A stretch of 64,000 nt of DNA, from contig NW_027361957.1 in NCBI RefSeq assembly GCF_039654945.1, positions 1,302,001 to 1,366,000 on the forward strand, given 5' to 3'. This DNA is from Dendrobates tinctorius (taxonomy: Eukaryota). Shown piece after piece: positions 1 through 12,989 of the stretch. Position 1 is the first letter of the stretch, and the number at the start of each line of letters is the position of its first letter. The translations under genes and the position numbers were made by a program. Below the pieces are notes generated by a model, which saw only the letters and a list, made by a program, of their open reading frames with translations, was not told where the DNA came from and searched no databases.

Positions 1-3000
1 ATGAAACCCCTGTCTCCAACGCCACTTCTGCTGTGTGCACCGCGAACACCTCTGCCAAGCTGCCCCCGGCCCGTACGGCTCGAGTGAGAACCATCACCGC
101 TGCTGTGTGCTGGGAATGCCTCAAGCAACCGATTTACCAGAGTTGCTTGTTTATTAGCCAATATTAGGTCAAGGTTCTCCTGTGGCATGATGTTTTGTAA
201 TTTGCCTTTATAGCGTGGATCCAGGATGCTGGCCAACCAGTAGTCGTCATCGTTCATCATTTTGGCAATGCGGGGGTCCCTTTTTAGGATCTGCAAGGCA
301 TAATCTGACATGTGGGCCAATGTTCCCGGTGTCAATGATGCACTGCGAGTGCTGGTTGGAGGAGCACTATCTGGCAAATCCACATCCCTCCAGTCACGCA
401 CAAACCCTGTACCAGACCTTGCCACGCCAACATTTTCACTTGCCCCACGAGATGCATCCTCCTCCCCTAAGTAATCATCCCCATCATCATCCTCCTCCTC
501 CTCTTCTTCCTCCACCTCGTCCAGGAGAGGTCCCTGAGCAGACAATGGCTGAATGTCATCAAGGATTCCCTCCTCCTCTTCCTCCTCATCAACATTGGCT
601 GCAGATGCCTGCTCCTTAAGGTGCGTCAAAGTTTGCATGAGCAGATGCATAAGTGGGATGCTCATGCTTAGGATGGCGTCGTCTGCGCTTACCAGCCGTG
701 TGCATTCCTCAAAACACTGAAGGACTTTACAGAGGTCTTTCAGCTTCGACCACTGCACACCTGTCAACTCCATGTCTGCTCTCAAAGTGCCTGGCCGTGT
801 ATCCTCCCACAAATGCATTATGGCCTGCCTCTGCTCGCACAGCCGCTCCACCATGTGCAGGGTGGAGTTCCACCTTGTTGCAATGTCAATAATGAGGCGG
901 TGGTTGGGAAGGTGGAGCAATCGCTGCAGCTTCTGCATACGAACGGAGTGTACAGGCGACCGGCGGATGTGCGCGCACAGTCTTCGCACCTTCTGGAGCA
1001 GGGCTGTTAACTCCGGATAATTTTTGAGGAAGCACTGCACCACCAGGTTCAAGGTGTGAGCCAAGCAAGGTATGTGGCTGAGTTTTGAAAGGGCTATGGC
1101 TGCCACAAAATTACGGCCGTTATCACTAACTACCTTGCCTGCCTCAAGATGTACACTGCCCAGCCATGACTCAGTTTGTCGCTTCAAGTACTCGGCCAGT
1201 ACCTCGGCGGTGTGTCTGTTGCCCAAACACATCATCTGCAACACAGCCTGCTGACGCTTTCAACTAGCTGCTCGATAGGGGGACACATCGTGTGCAACAG
1301 TGGCAGCTGCAGATGGAGTGCTCGTACGACTGCGCTCTGTGGACGATCTTTCGCTTCTGGAGGAGGAGGAGGGTCGAACGCCTACAGCCAACTGTTTCCT
1401 ATACCGTGGGCTAGGCAGCACTGTCCCACCACCGCTGTCCCCTGTGGACCCTGCATCCACCACATTAACCCAGTGCGCAGTGATGGACACGTAACGGCCC
1501 TGGCCATGCCGACTGGACCATGCATCAGTTGTGAGGTGCACCTTTCCGCTCACTGACTGCTTGAGTGCATGGACAATGCGGTCTTTCACATGATGGTGGA
1601 GGGCTGGGATGGCTTTGCGAGAGAAGAAGTGGCGACTGGGTAGGTCATAGCGTGGTACTGCATAGGCCATGAGTTCGCGGAAAGCTGCACTTTCCACCAA
1701 CCGAAAGGGCATCATCTCAAACGAGATTAGTTTGGCAATGTGGGCGTTCAAACCCAGTGTACGCGGATGAGAGACTGAGTACTTTCTTGACCTACTCATA
1801 GTGTCTGGGAGGGTGAGCTGGACTTGAGAGCTGCATATGGTGGAAGTAGCGGTGGACAGGGCGGACTGAGAGAGGGTTGATGATGGTGATGGAGTTGGTG
1901 TTCTTTCTGATGGCCTAGAATCAGTCTTTCGTTGATATAACAGTGGGATTCCCTGACTGCTGTGGCATTGCAACGACACCTCAACATTTGCTGCTGTGCT
2001 AACCGGTGGGCTTACAGTGGGGGAAACAATGTAGCGTTGATGACTACCTTCGTTGTGATCAGTTGCACATGTGGCACTTGAGGTTTGGTGTTGTGTCCAC
2101 GCTTGCAAGTGCATGCTGGTTAAATGTCTAAGCATGCAACTGGTATTCAAATTTTTCAGATTTTTCCCTCGGCTAAAGGTCTTTGCGCACTTCTTACAGA
2201 TAACCTTGGCCTGATCATGAGGATTTTGTTCAAAAAAGTGCCACACTGCACTCTTCCTACTTTGGCAGACATTTTGCGGCCTAGCACGCTATGATCTTTT
2301 GACCCTCTGGACAAGCTGTCCAGCAACTCTTTTGATGTTTGGAACCTGTCTTTGGAGTGCTCCGGGCCTGCCAGATAACAGCTGTTGCGATGTCGATGTC
2401 TGCTGTGGATGCTCCTCATCTGAGCTATTGGAAGCAGCACCCCCTTCCCCCAATGGATGCCAATCTGGGTCAACAACTGGGTCATCCATCACCTCCTCTT
2501 CTATGTCATGTGCACCTTCCTCTGTGTCACCGTGTATGGTGGTATAGTGTGCGGGAAGGGGCACCTGAGTCTCATCAGGGTCAGAATCTGGCTCTGTACA
2601 CTGCGAGGACAATGTAGTGCTCTGAGTGAATGTACCAGCAGAATCATCCATCAGCAGCTGTGCATCAGTGCACTCCATGTCAGATTCATCTTGGCCTGGG
2701 TAATTCACCATTTCACTTGATAATCCAGGCATGGTATGTGAAAACAGCTCCTTGGAGTAATCAGTAGTATGGCCTGCGTCATCCTTCAATCTTGGTTGGG
2801 GTGAAGGACACAAGGAAAGGTGTGGTTCATGAACATGAGCCTCCAATGACGACTCAGTGCTTTTACTTTTTACAACTGAAGAAGAGGAGGCGATAGAGCT
2901 GGAGGCTGAGTCAGCAATGTAAGACAAAACTTTTTCCTGATGCTCTGGCTTTAAAAGGGTTTGCCAACTCCTAAGAAACTAAGCGTTCAAGGCCTTATGT

Positions 3001-3145
3001 AGCCAGACGATGACGCAGGCTCAACACCTCCTGCATTCGGTCCTATTTTGCTCTTGCCACTACCATCAGATCCACCACCAACACCATCGTTACCAGCTGC
3101 CAACCCCCGCCCAATTCCACGGCCTCTTCCACCAGCCTTCCTCAT
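1..3145 (-). pseudogene. hAT transposase pseudogene (BED zinc finger plus RNase H-like DDE core)
   Basis: Likely ATG at 3145 (MRKAGGRGRG). BED finger WHFF..VICKKC..LRHLTSMH; VHLTTDAWSS..YVSITAHWV. The frame continues past the TGA at 1260 with VSDNGRN, HIPCLAHTLNLVV and DIATRWNST; ILDPRYK occurs near 205-225. Stops at 2987, 2289 and 1260, and a frameshift near 2950. Confidence 0.9.
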
Positions 3146-3220
3146 TTTTGGTAGAAATGTAGACAAAATCCAACAAACTATATAGTAATGTAAAACAAGG
3201 TACAAGGTGTCTATAAGACA

Positions 3221-3573
3221 GGGGAGATTTTGAATTTCTGTAGACACTTGTGGACACTGGACACTTTTGGATTGTGTGAGGCCCACTGAGTATCTGAGCG
3301 CTCTGTCACAGGCTCGATGGCAGAGCTGTGACCAAAGTGACTAGAGGATAAGGGAGATTTTGAATTTCTGCACACACTTGTGGACACTGGACACTTATGG
3401 ATTGTGTGAGGCCCACTGAGTATCTGAGCGCTCTGTCACAGGCTCGATGGCAGAGCTGTGACCAAAGTGACTAGAGGATAAGGGAGATTTTGAATTTCTG
3501 CACACACTTGTGGACACTGGACACTTATGGATTGTGTGAGGCCCACTGAGTATCTGAGCGCTCTGTCACAGGC
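3221..3573. repeat. 130-bp tandem repeat (about 2.7 copies) inside the hAT element
   Basis: GGGAGATTTTGAATTTCTG recurs at 3222, 3352 and 3482. Confidence 0.95.
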
Positions 3574-3793
3574 AGAAATTGGCTAGTGTATCACAAACTA
3601 CAAGGTGTATGTAGAATTGGGCAGAATTGGAATCTCCCTAGAGTGCAGGTCTGTAAGAACGGAACATGTCCTCGACTTATTCTCACAGAGTGACTCACTG
3701 ATAGCTTCACTGTGGCTGTGATAACAGCCGTTACACGGTACTGTGTGAGGAGCGTACACCGCTGTATGGTGTGAAAAAATGCACGCTCAGTAC

Positions 3794-4652
3794 CTCAGCA
3801 GGACAAAAAAAAAAATTGTGATTGCTTTTAAAAAAGCAGTTTGCGGAGCAGTGGGTAAACAGCAATGCAGGAATATCAGGAAGCCTTAGAAGGCAGCCCA
3901 ACAACCAACACCACTGATACACCACTATATAGCCTCCCCTTGCACTGCACAGTGACTGGTGTGTTGTACAGGCAAAATCGCTAGCAGCAGAAGCAGTTTT
4001 TTTTCTTCTTCTCAGCAGGACAAAAAAAAAAATTGGGATTGCTTTTAAAAAAGCAGTTTGCGGAGCAGTGGGTAAACAGCAATGCAGGAATGTCAGGAAG
4101 CCTTAGAAGGCAGCCCAACAACCAACACCACTGATACACCACTATATAGCCTCCCCTTGCACTGCACAGTGACTGGTGTGTTGTACAGGCAAAATCGCTA
4201 GCAGCAGAAGCAGTTTTTTTTCTTCTTCTCAGCAGGACAAAAAAAAAATTGGGATTGCTTTTAAAAAAGCAGTTTGCGGAGCAGTGGGTAAACAGCAATG
4301 CAGGAATGTCAGGAAGCCTTAGAAGGCAGCCCAACAACCAACACCACTGATACACCACTATATAGCCTCCCCTTGCACTGCACAGTGACTGGTGTGTTGT
4401 ACAGGCAAAATCGCTAGCAGCAGAAGCAGTTTTTTTTTCTTCTTCTCAGCAGGACAAAAAAAAAAATTGGGATTGCTTTTAAAAAAGCAGTTTGCGGAGC
4501 AGTGGGTAAACAGCAATGCAGGAATGTCAGGATGCCTTAGAAGGCAGCCCAACAACCAACACCACTGATACACCACTATATAGCCTCCCCTTGAACTGCA
4601 CAGTGACTGGTGTGTTGTACAGGCAAAATCGCTAGCAGCAGAAGCAGTTTTT
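3794..4652. repeat. ~217-bp tandem repeat (4 copies) inside the hAT element
   Basis: CTCAGCAGGACAAAAAAAAAAATTG recurs at about 3794, 4011, 4228 and 4445; units nearly identical. Confidence 0.95.
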
Positions 4653-5160
4653 GGTGTCTTCTTCCCTGCCTAACGCTCTCCCTACAAAATCAGCAGCAGC
4701 AGCATCTCTCCCTATTCTGAGATCAGCATGAGTAACATGGCAGTCGGCGTGCACGCCCTTTTATACCCCCTGTGACGCCCCCCAAAGCAAGCCAATCACT
4801 TGCATGCCCTTCTGAAAGATGGTGGTGACCCGTGCCTATGTCATCACGTTGCCCACAGTGTCCGTGGATCCTGATTGGCTGAAAAAGAGCGCAAAACAAA
4901 CTTTTGAAACGCGACTTTGGCGCGTAAGTCGCCAACCTCGTGGCCGACCTCATCCTAGGGTCGGGTTTCATTTCATGAAACCCGACTTTGCCAAAAGTCG
5001 CGACTTTTGAATTTTTTCGACCCGTTTCGCTCAACTCTACCTGTGGGTTCAAGGTGCTTACTACACACAAGATATTTTCCATGAGGGGTCTAGTTTCCAA
5101 AATAGTGTCACTTGTAGGAGGTTTCTTCTATTTAGACACTCATCTCTCAATCTCTCATCT

Positions 5161-5914
5161 GCATACCATTCCAAGACGAATGGGCTGGTGGAAAGGGCCA
5201 ATCAGACTCTGGTCACATACTTACGACATTTTGTCTCTGCTAGGAATGATGACTGCCTTGCTGCCTTGAGTGGAGTTTGCTCTAAATAGCATCGTCTCCG
5301 ATTCCACAGGGCAGACACCATTTCCCCTAACTACGGTCAGCATCCACGTGTTCCCGTTCCCATGCCAGTCTCGTCTTCCGACCCTAGGAAGTGGAGGCTC
5401 GTGACATCTGGGACTGCATGCAGGATGCTATTAAAGCTTCCAAGGAGAGCATGAGGGTCTCCGCCGATGCGCATTGTTGTCCCGCTCTGGGCTTCGCTCC
5501 TGGCATGGCTGTCAGCTCGTAACCTCAGACTGCATGTATAGTTGACTAAATTTGCTCCCTGCTACCTAGGCCCTTTCAAGGACTTGAACAAGTGAATCCT
5601 GAAATCTATCTCCTCAGCCTTCCACCACACTTGAACATCACCGATACCTTCCATATGTCTTTGCTAAAGCCTGTATATATGACCCTGTCTTCCGGAACTC
5701 CTACTGGGAGTTCGGATACGTCCTCAGACAATTTTGAGGTCAATGCCATTGTCGGCTCCAAGGTGGTGGGTGGCAAAAATTTTTTTGGGTGGACTGGAAG
5801 GTTCATGGGCTTGAGGATAGGTCCTTGGAGCCTATTGAGCATATTTGTACCCCCCAGCTTATAGCGGCTTTTGAGCATGACGAAGGTCATCAGGGGGATG
5901 CTAGAGGGGGGTAA
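5161..5914 (+). pseudogene. Degraded Gypsy integrase C-terminus and chromodomain, followed by polypurine tract
   Basis: AYHSKTNGLVERANQTL..YLRHFV..VEFALN; FEVNAIVGSKVVGGK..DW chromodomain remnant; PPT AGAGGGGGGTA at about 5903. Confidence 0.8.
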
Positions 5915-6810
5915 AAATTAGGTGCCAGCATTCTCCCACTGCACGGGGTAGATCCAAAGCCTTGTCTGCCTCTGCGGTCTCCTATTCTGCTTCGGCCGCA
6001 GTGGCTGCTGCTGAGCAAAGATATCAGTCTCAGCGTTTTTCTCAGGCTCGTGCTGTTCACTTGGTTACTGCTGGCATTCCAGCCAAGTCTATGGTAACCA
6101 GCAATAGGCAGCGGCAAACAGACACTCTGTTAGCTAAGTCCAGAAATCACCCTACTGAGCATGCTTGTGATTTGGTGACATCTCATCATTGGTGGTCAGT
6201 CGTCAGCTGCTCTGATGATGTTGCAGCTTCGTATTGATCCACAAGCAAGATCCTGTCTGACTGGACAGGACCTGAACACATAAAGGATCCTCTGAGGCGC
6301 ACGCCGGTGCGCTAGTGTCATTTGTGTTTTGTGTGTGAGTGGATACACTACCACTCTGTGTGCATGTGTGTTGCTCCTAGTACAACGATTGAATCTCTAG
6401 GCAGGCAGTGTAGGGTGGGAACTCCCGCTTGGCTTAGCATTGGACTCTGGTCATGTATGCGGTTAGCACAGCTGAGTTTGAGAGCAAGCACAACCACCAG
6501 CCTAGACATCCCTGGGGAGTAGCTATAGGGACCCCAACTAGCATCATTGTTTCTCTACTTCTGTGACGTCTAACAGAATATAGCTCTAAGAGCCTTCTTG
6601 TACAGTACTGCTCTGTGGAGTAACAGAGCTAGGTATTTTGCGCTCTGTTCACATTGAGTGACGTTTAACTCAGTATGTTTAAAGTGCTTGCTCGCAGCAT
6701 CGCTCCGCCTTTGCTCACTAGCTGCGGTTTACCATCTCTGCATGGTGGACCTCGGGTTGTGATTGCACTTAATCATAATTTAGATTTAGTGCGATCCACC
6801 AACCCTAACA
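5915..6810 (+). mobile_element. Gypsy 3' LTR
   Basis: Follows the PPT; ends ..CCAACCCTAACA; homologous to LTRs at 20887-21811 and 23624-24708. Confidence 0.8.
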
Positions 6811-7199
6811 GTTACTGCAGAGGAAAAATATTCTATGATATTCTATCAAGAAATTAGTGTGCCTACCACTAGTTAAATATTCTTCGTGAGGCTCAAATTA
6901 CCTCAAAATAAATATTCTGAATGTTTTAAAATTGTAAATAGTATCTAGCAAGAGAATGAAAGTATAGCTTAAAGGCAAAATATACGCGATCGGATTATTT
7001 TGAAAAATAAAAAAACCTGAGAAAGGGTTAATAGAATAAAAAATGACATGCGCAATATCTCACCTTAGTGGGGTGTTGTTCTATTAAACCGTGATGATGA
7101 CCAAGCTAGCCATAATTGATCGGGTACAATGTGAAGGTGTGGCCTGTGTGACACTAAGGTGAGTGTGAAGAAAATGGGAAGTGAACAATATTAAAGCTT

Positions 7200-8310
7200 A
7201 TTTTGATTGCTAGCCACCTTGCTTTTCCCAAATGAGCAGCTGATGTCGCTTCCTGTGCTGATGGATAGCTGTATTTATTAGTCTATTTTAACTTGTACTG
7301 TATGTCCATAACTTATTTTCCTCTTCCAGAGTTTGCATACTGCCAGAAAATCATGTGGCAGCTATGGTAAACTGAACTCCCACACACGAGAATCCAGCTT
7401 GCCCATGTCAACACGACAGTCATTAGATCTTTGGGGACACCTGATCTAGAGCTGAATGCGGAACAAACAGATTTTTCTCCAGAGGATCTTTTAGCTGCAT
7501 GTCTCTTCTGAAAACATATCCTCCTCATCACCCATGTCTGGTTCCCATGTTTTGTCCATCACAGAATCATCATCATTATTATCCCAAATTCAGCTGACAG
7601 TTGCATCTGTGTGGGAAATGGCATATATTCATTTGTGCCCCTGTCTGATTCTCACATCGAGATTTGCATTGACTCTGACTCTGATGTTAAGGCCCTTTTA
7701 CATTTAGCGATGCACCAGCGATCCCGACCACGATATGACCCGGTCAGGATCACTGGTACATCGCTAAATGATCGCTAGTGAGCTGCCACACAGGCAGATC
7801 TCACAGCGATGCAGTAGCAATAAAAAAGACGATACTTACCTTTCAGAGGCGGCGATCCTGACGTCCTCCCGCCCGCCTCCACACGTTGCTCGTCGGCGCC
7901 ACAGGAAGCCCAGCAGGAAGTGCCCGACGAGAAATGGAGCCGGACAATCTCACGCGATCAGCGACAGACAGCGGGGGAGCCGGTCGGAGGTAAGTATCAC
8001 ACATAGCGATATCGCTAGCAATATCGCTATAATGTCACAAAATCGGTACTACCATTGCTAGTGCCCCTATCACCATGGCTCACAACTCACAAAGCCAGTC
8101 ACACAGCTGGGGTTAATTTGGGATGTTGGTCTCCTCCATCCCCATGTCTTCCAAGTACAAAGGCTGACTTTTCATTTCTTCCAACAAATCATCTGCTTGA
8201 AACTGTTCTGATGTATCTTTGTTAGCACTTAGGGTGCTTTGGTTTAAGTGACTAAAGGGCAAAATAAAGACCGAAGTGAGATTCTGATAAGTCATGCTCA
8301 AATAGTGCTG
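7200..8310 (-). pseudogene. Highly degraded hAT/ZBED transposase N-terminal fragment, interrupted by a MITE
   Basis: Remnant peptides DDSVMDKTWEPD (cf. DDPVVDPDWHP at ~2460) and LAVCKLWKRKISYG..HQHRKRHQLLIWEK (BED-finger-like). Confidence 0.4.
7691..8047. mobile_element. PIF/Harbinger-type MITE, truncated
   Basis: TAA|GGCCCTTTTACA start; internal AGCGAT/ATCGCT repeats; inverted homolog of 17415-17820. Confidence 0.7.
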
Positions 8311-9699
8311 TCAGGGGCTACATCATCCTGTTGTGACACTTGATCCTGGTGTCACATATATATATCATAACATTCTCTGCTTCCTCATCAATAGTATGCT
8401 TGCCAAAGGCAAAATAGTCCAGTTTTGACCTGTGTTTTGTAGCACTAGTACCATGATGGTTGCTGACTGAATTTCCAGTAATGCTCACACAATTTTTGCC
8501 ATGCTATGTGCAGTTTCTCTGTCACATTGCATCATTCATTGCCAGTGCCATATTTTGGTTTAACAAACATATTGAATGTAATTACAACATTTAAGTTATT
8601 TAACAAAAATTTGCTCCAATAACAGCTAACCGACCCTGGAAAACTATGGATTGAACCACAAATGCAAGGAAACATTCGCTTGACTGCCGAAAAGGCTAAT
8701 TCAACACCAGCCTTTCCGTAATATTGGTGTGGCATGTATTTGTCTCCAATTTGATAATTTAACCAATTGTACCATAACAGACCAGCACTATTAATGCCTT
8801 CCAGCATACATTATTTATCTGTAAATCAGATGAATCTCACCCATTTAAGTCTATGGATGCGTAACAAATTTTGGATGTGATATGGAACATTCAATTTTCA
8901 AGTACTTACATTTCTTTAATTAGATTTAATTTAATAAGAAAGTTTGCAATTGACATGCATTTTTCTATCTACTTTCATTCTCCTGCAATGACAGCTTTTT
9001 ATGTTTTTTAATCTGGAGCTGGTTACCATTAAGCTTAGTCTCCAGACCCTGGCCAAGTTCACTGTATGAGAAGTTAAGTAGAAGAAGTTAACTCTTAACA
9101 TTTCAGTCATCTCTCTTCTACCCATTGGTTTATATACAGAAGTTAATTGCTCACCTCCCCCTTTCCATCACCAGCCTGCAGCTTTTAGAGCAGGACTGCT
9201 CACTGCATTCCTTGTCAGGAGCTGTATACTTGTCCAAATTCCCTATTATATCCATATATACAGTAAATACATGAATAACTGCACACACTCAAACAAAACC
9301 ACTGATGTGGTAATAGCAGAACTTATGCTGAGCTTTATACTTCTATTAATACTGTATTACAGTTCTACTATTCTCCTGAGCTGCCAATCAAGGAGGAAAA
9401 GCCTGCCCTGCTATTATCCAGTAAGAAAAGATACTAAGAACACTGAAGAGTTGTGTGCTGATCAATACACAATTTAAGAATACCTCTTTAAGGTGCATTT
9501 ACATTGGCCAATAATTGGAAAGTGATTATCAGCCTATCTAACCAGGCTGCCAATCATATCTCACTTGACAATGTATATCCTGTGTCAAGATGCGCTGCCA
9601 AGAACAATGCTATTCTATTTACACAGAACATATATGGATTTCAATAAATGAGCTCATCTCTAATATTGACTCAGTAAAAATAGGGGGAAGGATCATCAT

Positions 9700-10230
9700 T
9701 ATTGATGAGCGAGTATACTCGTTGCTCGGGTTTTCCCGAGCATGCTAGGATTTCCGAGTATTTTGGCGTGCTCAGAGATTTAGTTTTCATCACCTCAGCT
9801 GCACGGTGGCTCAGTGGTTAGTGGTTCAAATCCCACCAAGGACAACATCTGCAAGGAGTTTGTATGTTCTCCCTGTGTTTGCATGGGTTTCCTCCTACCC
9901 GGTTTCCTCCCACACTCCAAAGATAGGGAATTTAGATTGTGAGCCCCATCGGGGACAGTGATGAAAATGTGTGCAAACTGTAAAGTGCTGCGGGATATGT
10001 TAGCGCTATATAAAAATAAAGATTATTATTATGATTTGCGACTTGTAGACAGACTGAATACATGTGGGAATTCCCATAACAAACAGGCATTCCACACATG
10101 TATTCAAGCTGTCTAGCAGTCGCAAATCATGCAGATGAAGCGATGAAATCTCCGAGCACGCCAAAATACCCGGAGGACACCTGAGCATGTTTGGGAAAAC
10201 CAGAGCAACGAGTATACTCGTTCATCACTA
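9700..10230. mobile_element. Non-autonomous hAT MITE interrupted by a SINE
   Basis: Long TIRs (TA(T/G)TGATGA(G/A)CGAGTATACTCGTTGCTC..); 8-bp TSD ATCATCAT at 9692-9699 and 10231-10238. Confidence 0.9.
9801..10032 (+). mobile_element. tRNA-derived SINE with L2-like 3' tail
   Basis: A-box GGTGGCTCAGTGGTTAG, B-box GGTTCAAATCC, core GGAGTTTGTATGTTCTCCCTGTG..GGGTTTCCTCC, tail GCGCTATATAAAAATAAAG(ATT)n. Confidence 0.88.
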
Positions 10231-10430
10231 ATCATCATAACTTATTGCCATACATTTATCACAAACACAACATTCTTTTGAGTTAGAAAGCTCCACTGAA
10301 TCTGTTTGTGAACAATCCAAGTGTAAGGTAAAGAAAATGTCTTTTCCTGCATTATGGAGAGAACTAGACTTTAAAGTCCTCCCGGAAGAGATGCACTGTT
10401 GAGCCTCTCTGATGTTTCTGGCATCGTTTG

Positions 10431-10435
10431 TCACA
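10431..10435 (-). CDS. Putative terminal coding exon of an unidentified host gene (A|TG TGA = Met-stop; 3' UTR runs toward lower coordinates)
   Basis: Strong acceptor TTGTTTTTCTATTTTAG at 10436-10452; phase-compatible with exon 10624-10652. Confidence 0.45.
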
Positions 10436-10623
10436 CTAAAATAGAAAAACAATTGGCCAATAGCAAAATAGTTGCTGTATAAAGCAGATTGCTTAAGATT
10501 TGTTTGTTCTTCAGGACACTTTCTTTACTGTCACAGTGTAAAAGAAGTCTGTAATAAATATTATCGCTGCTGATTGCAGAGGAGGCTAAAATGTTACAGT
10601 CACTATAGCCATCCGTCACTTAC

Positions 10624-10652
10624 TTGGACTCCGTTCACTACCCTTTATGCTC
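10624..10652 (-). CDS. Putative 29-bp internal exon, (R)SIKGSERSP
   Basis: Acceptor TATATTTCAG, donor GTAAGT; only one open frame, and it matches the phase of both neighbouring exons. Confidence 0.55.
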
Positions 10653-11998
10653 CTGAAATATAGCACGCAAATATATGGCCACAATGGGGATAACTGCTGC
10701 TCATTATAGCAATCATATAAGCACTTTGCCTTAAGCTTTCCTGTTTCATTGCTGATTCAAAGAATTCACATAGGAGTCAGGTGTCGCTGCCTTGACTTAA
10801 ATTCTCACACATTTCATTAAGTATTTCTAGTAAATATTATAACCCAAAACAGTGTGGTAAAACATATCTTTGACAGTAAAAAATAAATCCGTTAAAATAA
10901 ATTAATTAAGAATTAATGATGTTTACAAACCTATCGGTAAGGAAATCAAAGTGTTAGAAAATGTGCTTTAATTAGGCAAATATAAGAAAGCATAGATGCA
11001 TCTGACATGATTTCCTTTACTTACTGTCATACAGTTATCCTGCTATCTGGATTAACACAGATAATTAGACAGTTATTGTAAGCAAAACAATAACAAAACA
11101 ATTAATGCAAGACTTGAAAATATTGACAATACTAAAAATATAAAGAAAGATACACACTTTTTTTCAAACTTTTCACCTTTTTTAATTCTAATTTATCAAT
11201 GAATGAAAAGTGTAAGTAAAATTGGCTTTGGTAGATACTATTATTTATGTAATGCTCCTCTAATAAATTGCAATATCTTGCAAAATATCTGAGGAATAGA
11301 TAGTATTGGTCTCCACAGGATTGGAAATGTACGTATGTATGGCATCGATAACCTGGTCGCGTGCAACTTTTTGTAGTTCAGGAGGTGACTAGTTATTTAG
11401 ACAGTTATTAAGAGCACATGGTGTCTGGCTGCCAATTTTGAGGAGTGCTTTTGCCGATATATTGACAATATGAATATTAAATATGACTTTGGCTGGCACT
11501 GTCATATACCAATACTACAACTAGCGCCAATGCTTGCAATCTAAGAGTGAAGTATTTTTGTGACATTCTGTGTGGGTAATATGTTTATGTCTGAACTTTA
11601 CAGCAGAATTCATTACTTGAATTGTAAAGAATAAAATCTGCAACAGACCTCAATGCAAATCCATGTCAAAATATTCAACAAAGGCAGATTGTGGCTTTGC
11701 AGTGACATCCAAATATGCAACTTTCTATTTACACACTTTATGGAAGTTATGATTGATTTTATACGGACTAGCAGTATTATACGAAGTCTATGGATGTATG
11801 TAATATGACAGATGACCAGAATTATATTATGGTCACATTCACTGGCACCATTATGTGTTTACTTTTGGTGACAATTATGCTTTGATTTAAAAAAAAACTA
11901 AACACACACTTGTCAGAATTTTTTCACCTAAAAAATCATATCAAGAAGAATAATTTCAGAACTATTTCTACCTATAATATCACCCATAATATGTACAA

Positions 11999-12948
11999 TC
12001 TATATATAATTGCCTTAAATTGTCTGCCATCCACTTCCGTCTGGATGTTCCCAAATCCCACAATCCACCCCGCCGCATCGGAAGTACGCCATCCGCCATT
12101 TTGGAACACCCAAGTGATGCCGCTCGGATCCAGGACGCAGCTGCTATCCCAAACGCCGCTGCGATCCCGACCGCCGCTCGGATCCAGGCCGCCGCTGCGA
12201 TCTCAAATGCCGCTGCGATCCCTACTGCCGCTGGGATCCCAGCTGCCGCTCGGATCCAGGCCACTGCTGCGATCCCAACCGCCGCTGGGATCCGGGCCGC
12301 TGCTTGGTTCCCAGCCGCCGCTCGGATCCCAGCTGCTGCTTGGATCCAGGCCACCGCTGCGATCACGAGGCTGTGAAAGGGGTGTAAAGAGGGGCTATAA
12401 TGAGAGGTGTGTAATGAAGGGGGTGTAATTAGAGGGTGTAATGAGGTTGAGTAATGAGAGGGATGCCACCACCGGACCCCCACCAGGACCCACTGCCTGA
12501 ATACATGCGCCGGATCCCGCCACTGCCTGCCCACCCACCTCCGTGCAGTCACAGCCGGCAAGAAAGACCGCGCCTCGATGCCTGTGCTGTAGATTAGGTG
12601 CCGCCACCCTCTGGTGGTGCTGCACATCATCTCCAGCACAGGCCGCAAAACACCGTCTCTCCTGCAGGCTGTGAGAGGGGTGTAACGAGAGGGTGTAATG
12701 AGGGGGGAGTAATGAGAGGGATGCTGCTGCCGGACCAACCTCCTGACTACATGCGCCGGATCCCGCCGCTGCCTGCCCACCTCTGTACAGTCACAGCCGG
12801 CAGGAAAGACTGCAGCTTGAGGCCTGTGTGGGAGACTGGATGCAGCCATGCACGGAAGTGGGTGGGCCGCAACCCCCTGCACCACAAAGCTGCCCCCCAT
12901 CGTGATGTTACTGCCCTCCTGATGCTATAGCATCGGGCAAACATCTAG
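11999..12948 (+). mobile_element. Non-autonomous Helitron
   Basis: A|TCTATATATAATTGCC 5' end; 3' hairpin GATGCTATAGCATC near 12920 followed by CTAG|T; inserted between A and T with no TSD. Confidence 0.8.
12118..12364. repeat. 18-bp GC-rich minisatellite (GCCGCT(C/G)(G/C)GATCC..) inside the Helitron
   Basis: About 13 units; explains the repetitive ORFs at 11910-12900. Confidence 0.9.
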
Positions 12949-12989
12949 TTAGATTAATAAATAAACAAAAATATTTTTAAGCAGTTAAA

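Larger units (their letters stand above)
1..5039 (-). mobile_element. hAT DNA transposon (ZBED/BED-finger type); one end at 5039, other end beyond window start
   Basis: Terminus TAGAGTTGAGCGA (minus strand, 5027-5039); subterminal CGAC/GTCG palindromic repeats 4905-5025; internal tandem arrays; transposase coding region 1-3145. Confidence 0.88.

Noticed and set aside
215-619. His/Pro-rich 134-aa ORF
   Set aside because: Antisense shadow of the acidic tract of the hAT transposase
1260-2989. In-frame TGA/TAG codons in the hAT ORF as programmed readthrough or selenocysteine
   Set aside because: Mixed stop types plus a frameshift fit ordinary pseudogene decay
3221-4652. Tandem arrays as CRISPR-like
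   Set aside because: No unique spacers, no cas genes, and a vertebrate context
9801-9840. tRNA gene
   Set aside because: A and B boxes only, no cloverleaf; this is the head of a SINE
11910-12944. Repetitive AAAWIRAAA / PPLGSRP ORFs
   Set aside because: 18-bp minisatellite inside a non-autonomous Helitron; no Rep/helicase motifs
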